Shown one piece after another: positions 50,427 through 63,044 of a DNA stretch of 64,000 nucleotides. The notes below the pieces were generated by a model that saw only the letters and a program-made list of their open reading frames with translations, did not search any database and was not told the DNA's origin. The position numbers were made by a program, and so were the translations under genes. Every line of letters begins with the position of its first letter. The first letter of the stretch is position 1. Source of the stretch: Meiothermus sp. GTDB lineage: Bacteria; Deinococcota; Deinococci; Deinococcales; Thermaceae. The stretch covers positions 1 through 64,000 of the forward strand of contig JANRLD010000047.1 of the NCBI GenBank assembly GCA_033762915.1. Direction: 5' to 3'.

Positions 50427-50443
50427 TTATGTTTTTAGCATAA
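50427..50443 (-). promoter_or_regulatory. RDRM-like operator TTATGCTAAAAACATAA upstream of ddrC
   Basis: 17-bp palindrome starting 20 nt upstream of the ATG; TAAGCT -10 at 50414-50419. Confidence 0.82.
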
Positions 50444-50574
50444 TCAAAGCGATCGAGGATTTAGCCCACCATCATCGGCAATTTGACAACTTTAAGGTGG
50501 GTTTTCGCAGCCTGAACAGTCAATTTCCAGTGGCGAGCGATGAGCAATAAGATGTGCAGTTTCTTGGCTCGAGA

Positions 50575-50597
50575 CGGGGTTTTTGGTTTGACTCGAG
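50575..50597 (+). repeat. 23-bp direct repeat, left copy (CGGGGTTTTTGGTTTGACTCGAG)
   Basis: Identical to 51238-51260. Confidence 0.9.
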
Positions 50598-50599
50598 TT

Positions 50600-51058
50600 T
50601 CAGTCCAATTTGTCTGACTTGCGCAGGTTCTCGAGGTCGAGCAAATCTTGCGGGCGACCAGCAGCTTCCTTGGCCTTGATTAGGTCGGGTTTGGAAATAA
50701 AGTGCATCTCTACACCGCCAACCTCGAGGGTTTCCTTTCGCTCCCACGCCTCTGTAAAGCTAACTCCAGGAACAGACATCAGCACATCTACCCGCAACGG
50801 CGGCCTGCCCATCTGATAAAAGTACCCTTCGGCAGCAAAATCTGAGGCTGCGAGCCCAGTCATCGGCGCTCCAAACTCCTTTAGAGCGTTATACACCGCC
50901 TCTGGATTGTCCTCGCCTACTGCCACCAACAAATCCAAGTCTTTGGTGAAGCGCGGCTCGGTGTAGCGCATCACTGCGTAACCACCGACAATCAGATAGC
51001 GAACCCTATGCTTTTTGAAAAGACTCAACAGTTCTTTGAAGTCGGGGCTGGTCAGCAT
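50600..51058 (-). CDS. Nucleotidyltransferase-fold protein
   Basis: YLIVGGYAV..PRFTKDLD, LIKAKEAAGRPQDLLD. Confidence 0.85.
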   Translation of the reverse strand: MLTSPDFKELLSLFKKHRVRYLIVGGYAVMRYTEPRFTKDLDLLVAVGEDNPEAVYNALKEFGAPMTGLAASDFAAEGYFYQMGRPPLRVDVLMSVPGVSFTEAWERKETLEVGGVEMHFISKPDLIKAKEAAGRPQDLLDLENLRKSDKLD

Positions 51059-51197
51059 AGCCTTCCCTTAGCAACAAATAGTCTTTAACCATTTCAAAAG
51101 CCGCATCGAAAATGGCCTCGACTGGCTGACTCTGCCAGAAGCGCAAGTCGAAGTTGTTATCTTCCCCCAGCTTGCCGTAATTCTCGCGCACCAGCAT
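51006..51197 (-). CDS. Small partner protein upstream of the nucleotidyltransferase
   Basis: 63 aa, FDLRFWQSQ...RLQRTV; TACAAT -10 lies 6 nt before the ATG; overlaps the NTase start. Confidence 0.7.
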   Translation of the reverse strand: MLVRENYGKLGEDNNFDLRFWQSQPVEAIFDAAFEMVKDYLLLREGYADQPRLQRTVESFQKA

Positions 51198-51237
51198 AGC
51201 TCTATTGTACTCGAGCCCTGGCTTTAGGGCCTCAAGG

Positions 51238-51260
51238 CGGGGTTTTTGGTTTGACTCGAG
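51238..51260 (+). repeat. 23-bp direct repeat, right copy
   Basis: Identical to 50575-50597. Confidence 0.9.
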
Positions 51261-51439
51261 GGCATCTGCACACACTTTAACCGTTGACTCACTGACGAAA
51301 TCAAGTACCCACCACCGGTTGCATTGCAGTTTGGACAGTCAATGCTGTACCAATCAAACACAGCTTATTCCACAAGATACTTGAGTATTCGTGACTCGAC
51401 CCTGGACTTTCGACCTTTGACCCTCGACCCCTGTTTATA

Positions 51440-51478
51440 CTTGCATGAAAATACATCCACTATAGCCATTCATGCAAA
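51440..51478 (+). promoter_or_regulatory. Candidate tandem ARG boxes (ArgR operator) upstream of carB
   Basis: CTTGCATGAAAATACATC-3 nt-TATAGCCATTCATGCAAA, next to a TATGCT -10. Confidence 0.55.
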
Positions 51479-51502
51479 AGGGTGTTATGCTTTTCGCTTG
51501 GA

Positions 51503-54580
<3,078 letters not shown>

Positions 54581-54836
54581 TCGAGCGCTCGTGCGCCGCA
54601 TGGGCGGGTGGGTCGTGGGAACGCCCTAGCGGTTTGACCGCTCGAGGGCGGCAGGACCTGGGTCTGTTTGGACGCAGCGTATCCCCGGAAAGTCCCCCAG
54701 CTTGTTCTTCAGGGCTGAGCCGTAAACTTTCAGCCCCCGACGTACGCATTCCTCATCTAACTGCCATATGCTGCCTTGGGCAGCAATGGATTATGCCGGG
54801 TTTGCGAGTATGAGCGACGCCAAGACACGAAACCAC

Positions 54837-57104
54837 ATGAGACCCGGCCTGGGTCAGGGGCGCAGGCGCGAAGGCTCGAGCGAGCCCCGCGCCCCCTCCG
54901 GCCTTGGCCTCGAGCTGAACTACGACAGCCTAGAGTGGCGCACCTTCCCGAGCGAGCCGGACGCGCCGGCCGAGTTCCCGCCGCCGCCGCCCTTCTTCGG
55001 GCAGGAGCGGGCCAAGGCGGCCCTCGAGCTGGCCCTCAAGGGGGGCTTCCATGCCTACCTGGTTGGCCCCTCGAGCCTGGGCAAGCACGAGGCCCTGCTG
55101 CGCTACTTGCAGAGCCAGCGGGTCGAGACCCCGCCCGACCTGCTCTATGTGCCGCTCTCTGAGCGCCGGGCCGCCGTGCTGACCCTGCCCAGCGGGCGCG
55201 AGACCCAGTTGGCCGAGGCCGCCGAGGGGCTACTGGGGGAGGTCGGGCGGCTGGACGCGCTGTTCCGTCAGGGGACGTTTCTGCTGGAGAAGTCGCGCCT
55301 CGAGGCCGAGTTCAAGGCCCAGCAGGAGGCCGCGCTGGAGCAGCTGGCCGCCGAGGCCCAGGCGGCGGGCTTTGCGCTCTCGCCGGGGGCCGACCGGCTG
55401 GGCTTCTCCGGCGACGGCGACGTGCCCGCCGAGCTGGCGGCGCGCCTCGAGGAGGTCACCCTGTCCAACCTGGCCGCCGCCGCCGGCCAAGAGCAGGCCC
55501 AGCGCAAGCTGCGGCGCGACTGGGCGACCCACTACCTGAACACCCGCGTCGAGCCGTTGTTCGCCCGCTTCCCCCAGGCCCGGCCCTACCTCGAGGCCCT
55601 GCGTGCCCGCCTGGTGCGCTACGCCGAGTCTGGGGAGGCCCTCGACCCCGTGCGCTGGCGGCCCAACCTGCTCACCTCGAGCAGCGACGGCAGCCCGCCG
55701 CCGGTGGTCTACGAACCCTACGCCACCGCCCCACGCCTCTTCGGGCGGCTCGACTACACCGTGGAGAGCGGCGTCTGGACGACCCACGTCGGCCTGATCC
55801 GGCCCGGCGCGGTGCACCGGGCGCAGGGCGGCTTCCTGATCCTCGACGCCGCAAGCCTCAAGCGCGAGGGCACCTGGGAAGCCTTTAAGCGGGCGCTCCG
55901 CAACGGGCAGGTCGAGCCGGTGACGGATGCCCAGGCCCCGGCCAGCCTCGAGGTCGAGCCCTTCCCGGTGCAGATGCAGGTGCTGCTGGTGGGCACCCAC
56001 GAGGCCTTCGACGCCCTGAACGAAGACCCTGCCTTTGCCGAGCTGTTTCGGATTCGCCTCGAGTTCTCCCCCACCCTGGCCGCCACCCCGGAGAACCTGG
56101 GTGCGCTGGGTGGCTGGCTGGGGGAGCAGGGCTTCGCCATGACCCATGGCGGGCTGGCCCGGCTTTTCGACGAGGCGCGGCGCTCGGTCGAGCAGACCGA
56201 CCGGATGGACGCCCGGCTGATCGAGATCCGCGCCCTGGCCGAGGAGGCCGCCGTGCTGGGCGACGGCACCCTCAGCACCGGAGCCGTCGAGGCGGCAGTA
56301 GCGGCCAGGGACCACCGCGAGTTTTATAGCGAGGAGGAGTTCTTGCGGGCGGTGCAGGACGGGCTGTGGCAGCTCGAGGTGAGCGGCACCAAGGTGGGCG
56401 AGATCAACAGCCTGATCGTGCTGGAAATCTACCCCTACTGGGGCCGCCCGGCCCGCCTGACCGCCAGGGCCGCCCCGGGGCGCGACCACCTAATTTCGAT
56501 AGACCGCGAGGCCGGGCTGGGCGGGCAGATCTTCCACAAGGCGGTGCTGACTCTGGGGGGCTACCTCCGCAGCCGCTACAGCCGCCTCGGCCCCCTGCCG
56601 GCCACGGTCAGCCTGGCCTTTGAGCAGAGCTACGTCCCCATAGACGGCGACTCGGCGGGCCTGGCCGAGCTGGTCACGGCCCTCTCGGCCATCGGGAACC
56701 TCCCCTTGCGTCAGGACCTGGCCCTCACCGGGGCAGTGGATCAGACCGGAAAAGTGCTCTCGGTGGGCGGCCTGGCCCCCAAGATCGAGGGCTTCTTCCG
56801 GGTCTGCAAGGCCCTGGGCCTGACCGGCACCCAGGGCGTGATCCTGCCCAGGGCCAACCTGTCCAACCTTACGCTCGACGGCGAGGTGCTGGCGGCTGTC
56901 AAGTCCGGCCAATTCCACCTCTACGCTGTCGAGCACGCCGAGCAGGCCCTGGAGCTGCTGGCCGGGGCCCGCATGGAAGGCTTCCGCGGCCTCAACGAGC
57001 GCATCGAGGCCGGGCTCGAGGAGCTGGAGCAACTCGAGAACGGGGACGAAGAGGGCGGAGACGGGGAGCGGGGGGGCTGGGGAGCGGGGGAGAAAAAACG
57101 CTGA
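54837..57104 (+). CDS. lonC: Lon-like protease LonC (AAA-like domain + S16 domain)
   Basis: PPPPPFFGQERA, RPGAVHRAQGG, FEQSY..IDGDSA (catalytic Ser), KIEGF (Lys); resembles Meiothermus LonC; start uncertain. Confidence 0.88.
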   Translation: MRPGLGQGRRREGSSEPRAPSGLGLELNYDSLEWRTFPSEPDAPAEFPPPPPFFGQERAKAALELALKGGFHAYLVGPSSLGKHEALLRYLQSQRVETPPDLLYVPLSERRAAVLTLPSGRETQLAEAAEGLLGEVGRLDALFRQGTFLLEKSRLEAEFKAQQEAALEQLAAEAQAAGFALSPGADRLGFSGDGDVPAELAARLEEVTLSNLAAAAGQEQAQRKLRRDWATHYLNTRVEPLFARFPQARPYLEALRARLVRYAESGEALDPVRWRPNLLTSSSDGSPPPVVYEPYATAPRLFGRLDYTVESGVWTTHVGLIRPGAVHRAQGGFLILDAASLKREGTWEAFKRALRNGQVEPVTDAQAPASLEVEPFPVQMQVLLVGTHEAFDALNEDPAFAELFRIRLEFSPTLAATPENLGALGGWLGEQGFAMTHGGLARLFDEARRSVEQTDRMDARLIEIRALAEEAAVLGDGTLSTGAVEAAVAARDHREFYSEEEFLRAVQDGLWQLEVSGTKVGEINSLIVLEIYPYWGRPARLTARAAPGRDHLISIDREAGLGGQIFHKAVLTLGGYLRSRYSRLGPLPATVSLAFEQSYVPIDGDSAGLAELVTALSAIGNLPLRQDLALTGAVDQTGKVLSVGGLAPKIEGFFRVCKALGLTGTQGVILPRANLSNLTLDGEVLAAVKSGQFHLYAVEHAEQALELLAGARMEGFRGLNERIEAGLEELEQLENGDEEGGDGERGGWGAGEKKR

Positions 57105-57188
57105 GCCAGCGCTCAGCAGATAGCTGTTGGCGACTGGCTCTTGTCCACCAATGTTCACTTTTTGCCGGTTCCCTCTTCCCTATTGCCT

Positions 57189-57815
57189 ATGTCCAAACCC
57201 AAACAAAAACACTACGTAGTCTGGAAGGGCCGAAAGACCGGCGTGTTCTCCTCCTGGGCCGAAGCCGAGGCGCAGGTCAAGGGGTTCACCGGAGCTGAGT
57301 TTAAGTCGTTCGAAAGCCTGGCCGAGGCCCACAGAGCCTATGCGGGCCGGTACGAGGACTATAAGGCCAAGCCCGCCGCCGCGCAGGGCCGCCTGATGGG
57401 CGCTCCGCCCGCTGTCGTTCCCAGTTGGACGGTGGACGCCGCCTGCGGGGGGAATCCGGGGCTCCTGGAGTACCGCTGTGTGGACACCGCGACCGGCGAG
57501 GAGCTTTTCCACCGGGGGCCGTTTCCGCAGGGCACCAACAACGTTGGGGAGTTCCTGGCCATCGTGGAGGCGCTGATGCGGGCCAAGCGCGAGGGCGTGA
57601 CCTGGCCGATCTACTCCGACTCGGTGAACGCCCTGAACTGGGTGGCGACCAAGAAAGCCCGCACCAACCTGGCCCAGACCGAGGCCAACGCCGAACTCTT
57701 CGAGCGCATGGCCAGGGCCGAAGCCTGGCTGCGGGAGAACCCCTACCCTAACCGCCTGCTCAAGTGGCAGACCGATAGCTGGGGCGAGAACCCAGCGGAC
57801 TTCGGGCGAAAGTAG
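57189..57815 (+). CDS. Ribonuclease HI with viroplasmin-like N-terminal domain
   Basis: YVVWKGRKTGVFSSW, VDAAC.GNPG, TNNVGEFLA, IYSDS, WGENPADFGRK. Confidence 0.92.
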   Translation: MSKPKQKHYVVWKGRKTGVFSSWAEAEAQVKGFTGAEFKSFESLAEAHRAYAGRYEDYKAKPAAAQGRLMGAPPAVVPSWTVDAACGGNPGLLEYRCVDTATGEELFHRGPFPQGTNNVGEFLAIVEALMRAKREGVTWPIYSDSVNALNWVATKKARTNLAQTEANAELFERMARAEAWLRENPYPNRLLKWQTDSWGENPADFGRK

Positions 57816-57866
57816 CTACCTCCCCCGGTGTACCGGGCGGCCCAGCTGCGCAGCGGTCTGCGTGTC

Positions 57867-58066
57867 TTAAGTTGTGCCAGGGGGAAGTGCGGAATCGGCG
57901 GATACGGTACCTACGTGCCAGGGCAGAGTGGCGTGCGCCATAGCTGCGGAGCGGCTACCCGAGGGCGGAGTGGCGTGCGCCATAGCCGCGGAGCGGCTAC
58001 CCGAGGGGCAATTCCCTACGGGAGCTGGCGGGCGGCATTTCGCGTCTCAACTATAGAGACACTTAG
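57867..58066 (+). repeat. Dispersed MITE/REP-like repeat with two internal hairpin units
   Basis: TTAAGTTGTGCCAGGG...2x GAGTGGCGTGCGCCATAGC(T/C)GCGGAGCGGCTACCCGAGGG...GAGACACTTAG. Confidence 0.85.
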
Positions 58067-58563
58067 CGCTTTCTCAGGTGCGGCAGCAGCGCCGAGCGCA
58101 GGATGGTGTTGCTGGAGGCCAGGTTGAAACTGGCCTGGGCGAACTCGGAGCGGGCGATGTTGGTCTGAACCCAGGAGGGGAGCTTCGAACTGGGGTAGCG
58201 CAGGGTGTTGGAGGAGGCCACGTACTCGACTGGGAAACTGACCCACAGGGTCAGGGCCAGCAGCAACCCCCACACAAAACCCCCGACGCCGCCAATGAAG
58301 GCCTCGAGCCGATCTGGCAGACGGGGCAGCGGCACGTACTGGGTCAGCATCGCCATGGCGAAGCCCATCAGGACCGCCATGAAGGGCAGGACGATCCCGC
58401 TGACGTTGGGCAGCAGCCCCACCAGCAGCACGTACAGCACAATGGCGGGGATCACCGCCAGGGTGAAGGGCGTGCCCATGCGGATGCCCACCACCAGGGC
58501 CAGCGCCAGGGTGAGCACCGCGATGGCATCCAAAAGGGTGAAGGGGATGGCGATATCCGGCAT
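58063..58563 (-). CDS. Membrane protein, CvpA-like
   Basis: LLDAIAV N-terminus, 4 TM segments, D..E.FIGG.GGFVWG pattern. Confidence 0.65.
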   Translation of the reverse strand: MPDIAIPFTLLDAIAVLTLALALVVGIRMGTPFTLAVIPAIVLYVLLVGLLPNVSGIVLPFMAVLMGFAMAMLTQYVPLPRLPDRLEAFIGGVGGFVWGLLLALTLWVSFPVEYVASSNTLRYPSSKLPSWVQTNIARSEFAQASFNLASSNTILRSALLPHLRKR

Positions 58564-58682
58564 CTCGCCCTGAGTATAGCGGCCCGCTCGAGGCGGCACG
58601 GGTCAAAACCGCCGCGTAACCCCCCATTCTCCGCACCTTACGGGCTGTAGAATGGCGTTTGGCGTGACGCACGCCCGCACCT

Positions 58683-59270
58683 ATGGCAAACGTACTCCCC
58701 ATTCGACTCTACGGCGACCCCGTACTCAAGAAGCGGGCCCTCCCCGTCCAGGACTTCTCGGAAATCCCCCGGCTGGCCGAGGACATGCTCGAGACCATGT
58801 TTGAGGCCAAGGGCGTCGGGCTGGCGGCCCCCCAGGTGGGCCTCTCCAGGCGCATGTTCGTGGCCGCCGAATACCTCGACGAGCCCGAGGAGGAGGGCGA
58901 GGAGGCCGACTACCGCACGGCCCAGAAGAACCTCTATGTCGTGGTCAACCCGGTCATCACCCACCGCTCGGGCTCCCAGACCATCCAGGAGGGCTGCCTC
59001 TCGCTGCCCGGCCTGTACGCCGAGGGGGCCGAGCGCGACCTCCGGGTGCGGGTCGAGTACCAGGACGAAAAGGGCGAGCCCAGGACCCTCGAGGCCGAGG
59101 GCTACCTGGCGGTAGTGCTGCAGCACGAGATCGACCACCTCGACGGCGTGATGTTTTTCCAGCGGATGCCCTTCAACCTCAAGCAGAAGTTCCTCGAGGA
59201 CAACCGCGACGACCTGGGCGACTTCCAGCGACAGGCGCGGGCGTACCTCAAAGAGATCGAAAGGAAGTAG
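58683..59270 (+). CDS. def: Peptide deformylase
   Basis: GVGLAAPQVG, EGCLS, QHEIDHLDG. Confidence 0.97.
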   Translation: MANVLPIRLYGDPVLKKRALPVQDFSEIPRLAEDMLETMFEAKGVGLAAPQVGLSRRMFVAAEYLDEPEEEGEEADYRTAQKNLYVVVNPVITHRSGSQTIQEGCLSLPGLYAEGAERDLRVRVEYQDEKGEPRTLEAEGYLAVVLQHEIDHLDGVMFFQRMPFNLKQKFLEDNRDDLGDFQRQARAYLKEIERK

Positions 59271-59324
59271 GGAGGAAAGAGTAGGGAGCAACCACACCCG
59301 CGCCTTTCCTTTCTGGCCTTTTGT

Positions 59325-60290
59325 ATGACCCACCCACGCCGACGCAAGGTTGCTTTCTTTGGCTCGCCAGCCTGGGCCGTGCCTGTGGCCCAGGCCCTGC
59401 ACCGACACCACGAGCTGGCGCTGGTGGTGACCCAGCCGGACAAGCCCACGGGCCGGGGGCTGCAACTGACCGCCTGCCCGGTGGCGCAGTGGGCGGAGGG
59501 TGAGGGGCTGCGCCTCGAGAAACCCGCCAAAGTCCGCAAGAACGAGGCGTTTTTCGAGCTGTGCCGGGAGCTGGAACTCGAGGCCGCCGTCACTGCCGCC
59601 TACGGCAAAATTCTGCCCGCCGAACTGCTGGGCATCCCCAGGTTCGGCTTTCTTAACCTGCACCCCTCCGACCTACCCAAGTACCGCGGCCCCGCGCCAG
59701 TGCAGTGGACGCTCATCAACGGCGAGACCGAGACCGCCGTGAGCATCATGCAGACCGACGCTGGCATGGACACCGGGCCGGTGGTGGCCAAGGCCTTCTC
59801 CCCCGTCGGCCCCCACGAAAACGCCCTCGAGCTGTCCAACCGCCTGCGCGACCAGGGGATCGAGATGCTGCTGGAAGCGCTGACCCACCTCGAGCACCTC
59901 GAGCTTCAGCCCCAGCCCGCCGAGGGCACCCACGCCCCGATGCTCGAGAAGGACGACGGGCGCGTGGTCTGGACGCGCAGCGCCCGGCAGATCTACGACC
60001 GCCACCGGGGGGTACAGCCCTGGCCGGGGAGCTGGCTCGAGTTCGGCGGGAGGCGGGTGAAGGTGTTGAGCTTGAGGGCAGGGCAGGGCCAAGCGGCGGG
60101 TGATCGCAGCGAAGCGGGGGGCGGGCGAGAAAACCCCGGCTCGGTCGTCGCGGTCCAAAACGCGGTACGGGTCGCCACGGCCGAGGGGGTGGTGGAACTG
60201 CTCGAGGTGCAGCCCGAGGGCAAAAAGCCCATGTCGGCGGGGGATTGGGCCAGGGGCTATCACGTGCGGGTGGGCACTCGGCTAGACTAG
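59325..60290 (+). CDS. fmt: Methionyl-tRNA formyltransferase
   Basis: VTQPDKP.GRG, NLHPS.LPKYRG.AP, GMDTG; directly follows def. Confidence 0.96.
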   Translation: MTHPRRRKVAFFGSPAWAVPVAQALHRHHELALVVTQPDKPTGRGLQLTACPVAQWAEGEGLRLEKPAKVRKNEAFFELCRELELEAAVTAAYGKILPAELLGIPRFGFLNLHPSDLPKYRGPAPVQWTLINGETETAVSIMQTDAGMDTGPVVAKAFSPVGPHENALELSNRLRDQGIEMLLEALTHLEHLELQPQPAEGTHAPMLEKDDGRVVWTRSARQIYDRHRGVQPWPGSWLEFGGRRVKVLSLRAGQGQAAGDRSEAGGGRENPGSVVAVQNAVRVATAEGVVELLEVQPEGKKPMSAGDWARGYHVRVGTRLD

Positions 60291-60449
60291 AGGGGCAAAC
60301 ACCGATCCCCCACCCCCCTCGGCGGCTGTCGCCGGCGAGTCGGCGGTCTCGAGGCCCAGAGTCTTTGGCCCCAGGGGGCCCCGGGTTGGCCCTGATTTGA
60401 TTTCTCTCTTCCCTTTCCTCGCCTTTGACCTCATTCCCTCTGCCCTCTA

Positions 60450-62288
60450 ATGACCACAGCCCTCAAGCTCGCCAACCGCTACCGCCTCGAGACTCCTCTG
60501 GGCGAGGGCGGAATGGCCGAGGTCTGGCGGGCGACCGACGAGCGGATGGAGCGAGCGGTGGCGGTTAAGCTGCTGCACTCCTACATTCACCCCAACGAGC
60601 GCAAGCGCTTCTTCCAGGAGGTCAAGGCGCTGTCCAAGCTCTCGCACCCCGGCGTGGTGCAGGTCTACGACCTGGGCGAGGAGGAGGGGCGCACCTACTT
60701 TGTGATGGAGCTGGTGGAGGGCGGCACCTACGACCGGATCGGGCCGTTCGAGGACGGGATGGAGGGACTGACTTCGCTGGATGCGGCCCTTAACGTGATG
60801 GACGCGCTGGCCCACCTGCACAGTCGGGGGGTCATCCACCGCGACCTGACCCCGCGCAACATCCTGGTCACGCCCGCTGGGGCGCCCAAGGTGATGGACT
60901 TCGGGCTGGCCTACCTGATGCAAGAGAGCCGCCACTTCACCCGCACCGGCATCACCGTGGGGACGCCCGAGTACATGGCCCCCGAGCAGGCCAGGGGGCA
61001 GCCCCTGACTCCTCAGGCCGACCTCTACAGCTTCGGGGCAGTGCTCTACAAGACCCTCACCGGTAGGCCGCTGTTCGAGGGCGAGAACGACCAGTCGGTG
61101 CTCTACCAGCACGTCTACGAGCCGCCCAAGCCGCCCCTCGAGCATAACCCCGCCATCCCCGCCGACCTCTCGAGCCTGATGCTCTCGATGCTTGAAAAAC
61201 AGCCCACCGACCGCCCGGCCAGCGCGGCTGCTGCCCACGCGGTGCTCGAGGAGACCCTGCGCCAGTACCGCGAGACCTTATCGGCCACCCCCCGCGCCGG
61301 GGCGAGCCGCACCGGCCACTACCCCACCGGCCCCGCGAGAGCGGAGAGGCTCGAGCTGCACGGCAGCTCCGAGCTGGCGGGCGAGGTGGCTTGGCCTGGC
61401 GAGTTGGTGGCGCGCGAGGGCCACATCTGGGTGGGGGCCGGGCAAGGCATCGCCCGGCTCGACCTGATGGACGGCTCGGTATACCGGCACCGCATGGGCG
61501 ACGAGGTGTCGGCCCCCCCGGTGGTGACGGCCGAGCGCATCTACGTGGCGGCCTGGGATGGCCGACTCAACGCGCTCTCGCTGGCCGGCAGGCCCCTGAT
61601 CAGCTTTCCCACCAAGGCCGAAATCACCGCCGCGCCGCTGGTGGGCGAGCTGATCTATCTGGCCGGACGCGACGGGTACCTCTACGCCCTCGAGCCCTCG
61701 GGCACCCTGCGCTGGGGCTTCCAGGCGGGCGGAGAGTTGTCGGCCCCACCCACCCTGTACCGGGGCCTGCTGTTCGCCGGCAGCGAGAACGGCTGGCTCT
61801 ACGCCCTCGACCCCCACAGCGGCCAACTGCGCTACAAGGTCGAGGCTGGAGCGGTGCACTCGGCCATTCCGGCCAGGGGCGGGCTGCTGTTTATCCCGAC
61901 TTGGAACGGCGAAATCCACGCCTTCGACCCCCTGACCCGCGAGGTGCGCTGGAGCTACGACCTCGAGGGCGAACTCTGGGGGTCGCCCGCCGTGGACGCC
62001 CGCAACGTCTATGCGGCCAGTTGGGCGGGCAAGCTCTACGCGCTGGACATCGAGACCGGCGACGAGCGGTGGGCGCTCGAGGTGGGCAAGGTGACCGCGG
62101 CCCTCTCGCTGGCCCACGGCATCGTCTACGTCACCACCGAGGGCGGGCAGGTTCTGGCCGTGGAGGCCGAGACCGGCCGCCTCCTCTTCGAGGCCAGCGG
62201 CCTGGGGCCGATCCAGGCCCCGCCCCTTCCCTACCGGGGTGCGCTGTACGTGGCGACGCTGTCGGGAAAACTGTATAGGTTCGGGTAA
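60450..62288 (+). CDS. Ser/Thr protein kinase with C-terminal PQQ-like beta-propeller (RqkA architecture)
   Basis: LGEGGMAEV, VAVK, HRDLTPRN, DFG, GTPEYMAPEQ; repeated LYALD..G..RW blades. Confidence 0.9.
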   Translation: MTTALKLANRYRLETPLGEGGMAEVWRATDERMERAVAVKLLHSYIHPNERKRFFQEVKALSKLSHPGVVQVYDLGEEEGRTYFVMELVEGGTYDRIGPFEDGMEGLTSLDAALNVMDALAHLHSRGVIHRDLTPRNILVTPAGAPKVMDFGLAYLMQESRHFTRTGITVGTPEYMAPEQARGQPLTPQADLYSFGAVLYKTLTGRPLFEGENDQSVLYQHVYEPPKPPLEHNPAIPADLSSLMLSMLEKQPTDRPASAAAAHAVLEETLRQYRETLSATPRAGASRTGHYPTGPARAERLELHGSSELAGEVAWPGELVAREGHIWVGAGQGIARLDLMDGSVYRHRMGDEVSAPPVVTAERIYVAAWDGRLNALSLAGRPLISFPTKAEITAAPLVGELIYLAGRDGYLYALEPSGTLRWGFQAGGELSAPPTLYRGLLFAGSENGWLYALDPHSGQLRYKVEAGAVHSAIPARGGLLFIPTWNGEIHAFDPLTREVRWSYDLEGELWGSPAVDARNVYAASWAGKLYALDIETGDERWALEVGKVTAALSLAHGIVYVTTEGGQVLAVEAETGRLLFEASGLGPIQAPPLPYRGALYVATLSGKLYRFG

Positions 62289-62342
62289 GGCCCCTCAGCG
62301 CGGACTCAAACCGAACTCAGCCGGGCGGCCCAGACTCACAGT

Positions 62343-62771
62343 ATGGCGACCGTTTACGCGATCTTCCCTAGCGGCTCCGCACTCGACGAGGCGATGTCCC
62401 GCCTGAGCCTGGGCCACCGGGCCGAGGTGATCCCGCCCACCGACCTCGAGTCCGACGCCACGGGGAACTACGACGGCGAGGGCGTCGCGGTGGGAGGTGA
62501 CGAAGGCATGGGCGCGGCGTTGCCCCCGCTCGGGGCCGGCGGCGGCGTAACCATCGGCGGCTCGGGCCTGGCGATGGTGCCCGCCACGGCCGCCCTGGCC
62601 GGGGCGCTGAGGGGCCCCGGAAGCAGGCTCGACAACCTCCCCGACGCCGAGCGCCGCATCTTCGAAAACGCCCTGCAAAACGGCTCTCATGTTCTGGTGG
62701 TACGCCACGCCGAGGCCGGCCTCGAGGCCCAGCTGCGCCAGGCCGGGGCCGAGCAGGTGATGCGCAGGTGA
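62343..62771 (+). CDS. Hypothetical protein (general stress/YflT-like layout)
   Basis: Gly/Ala-rich middle, ENALQNGSHVLVV...LRQAGA. Confidence 0.6.
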   Translation: MATVYAIFPSGSALDEAMSRLSLGHRAEVIPPTDLESDATGNYDGEGVAVGGDEGMGAALPPLGAGGGVTIGGSGLAMVPATAALAGALRGPGSRLDNLPDAERRIFENALQNGSHVLVVRHAEAGLEAQLRQAGAEQVMRR

Positions 62772-62796
62772 CAGGGCAACCTTCGGTAATTAGCGC

Positions 62797-62955
62797 TTAA
62801 TTTGCGCCAGGGTAGAAGTGCAGTACCAGCGGAAGCGGCAAACACGTGCCTGGGCGGAGTGGCGTACGCCATAGCCGCGGAGCGGCTACCCGGGGCGCAA
62901 TTCCCTGCTGGAGTTGGCGGGCGACATTTCGCATTGCAACTATGGAGTCGCCTAG
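62797..62955 (+). repeat. Dispersed MITE/REP-like repeat with one internal unit
   Basis: TTAATTTGCGCCAGGGTAGAAGTGC...GGAGTGGCGTACGCCATAGCCGCGGAGCGGCTACCCG...CAACTATGGAG. Confidence 0.85.
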
Positions 62956-63044
62956 CCCTGAGCGGAAAGCCACCTGCCGGGCGCCGATCGCCCCGGTGCT
63001 GCGGGTTCGGCCTCTGCCCCCGCGACTGTAGTACAGTCATTCCC

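Noticed and set aside
51366..51376. DnaA-box-like TTATTCCACA
   Set aside because: Single imperfect match with no box cluster or origin-associated genes
57925..58010. Tandem ~39-bp repeats suggesting a CRISPR array
   Set aside because: Units abut with no unique spacers, occur at most twice, and no cas genes are present; they are internal to the dispersed repeat
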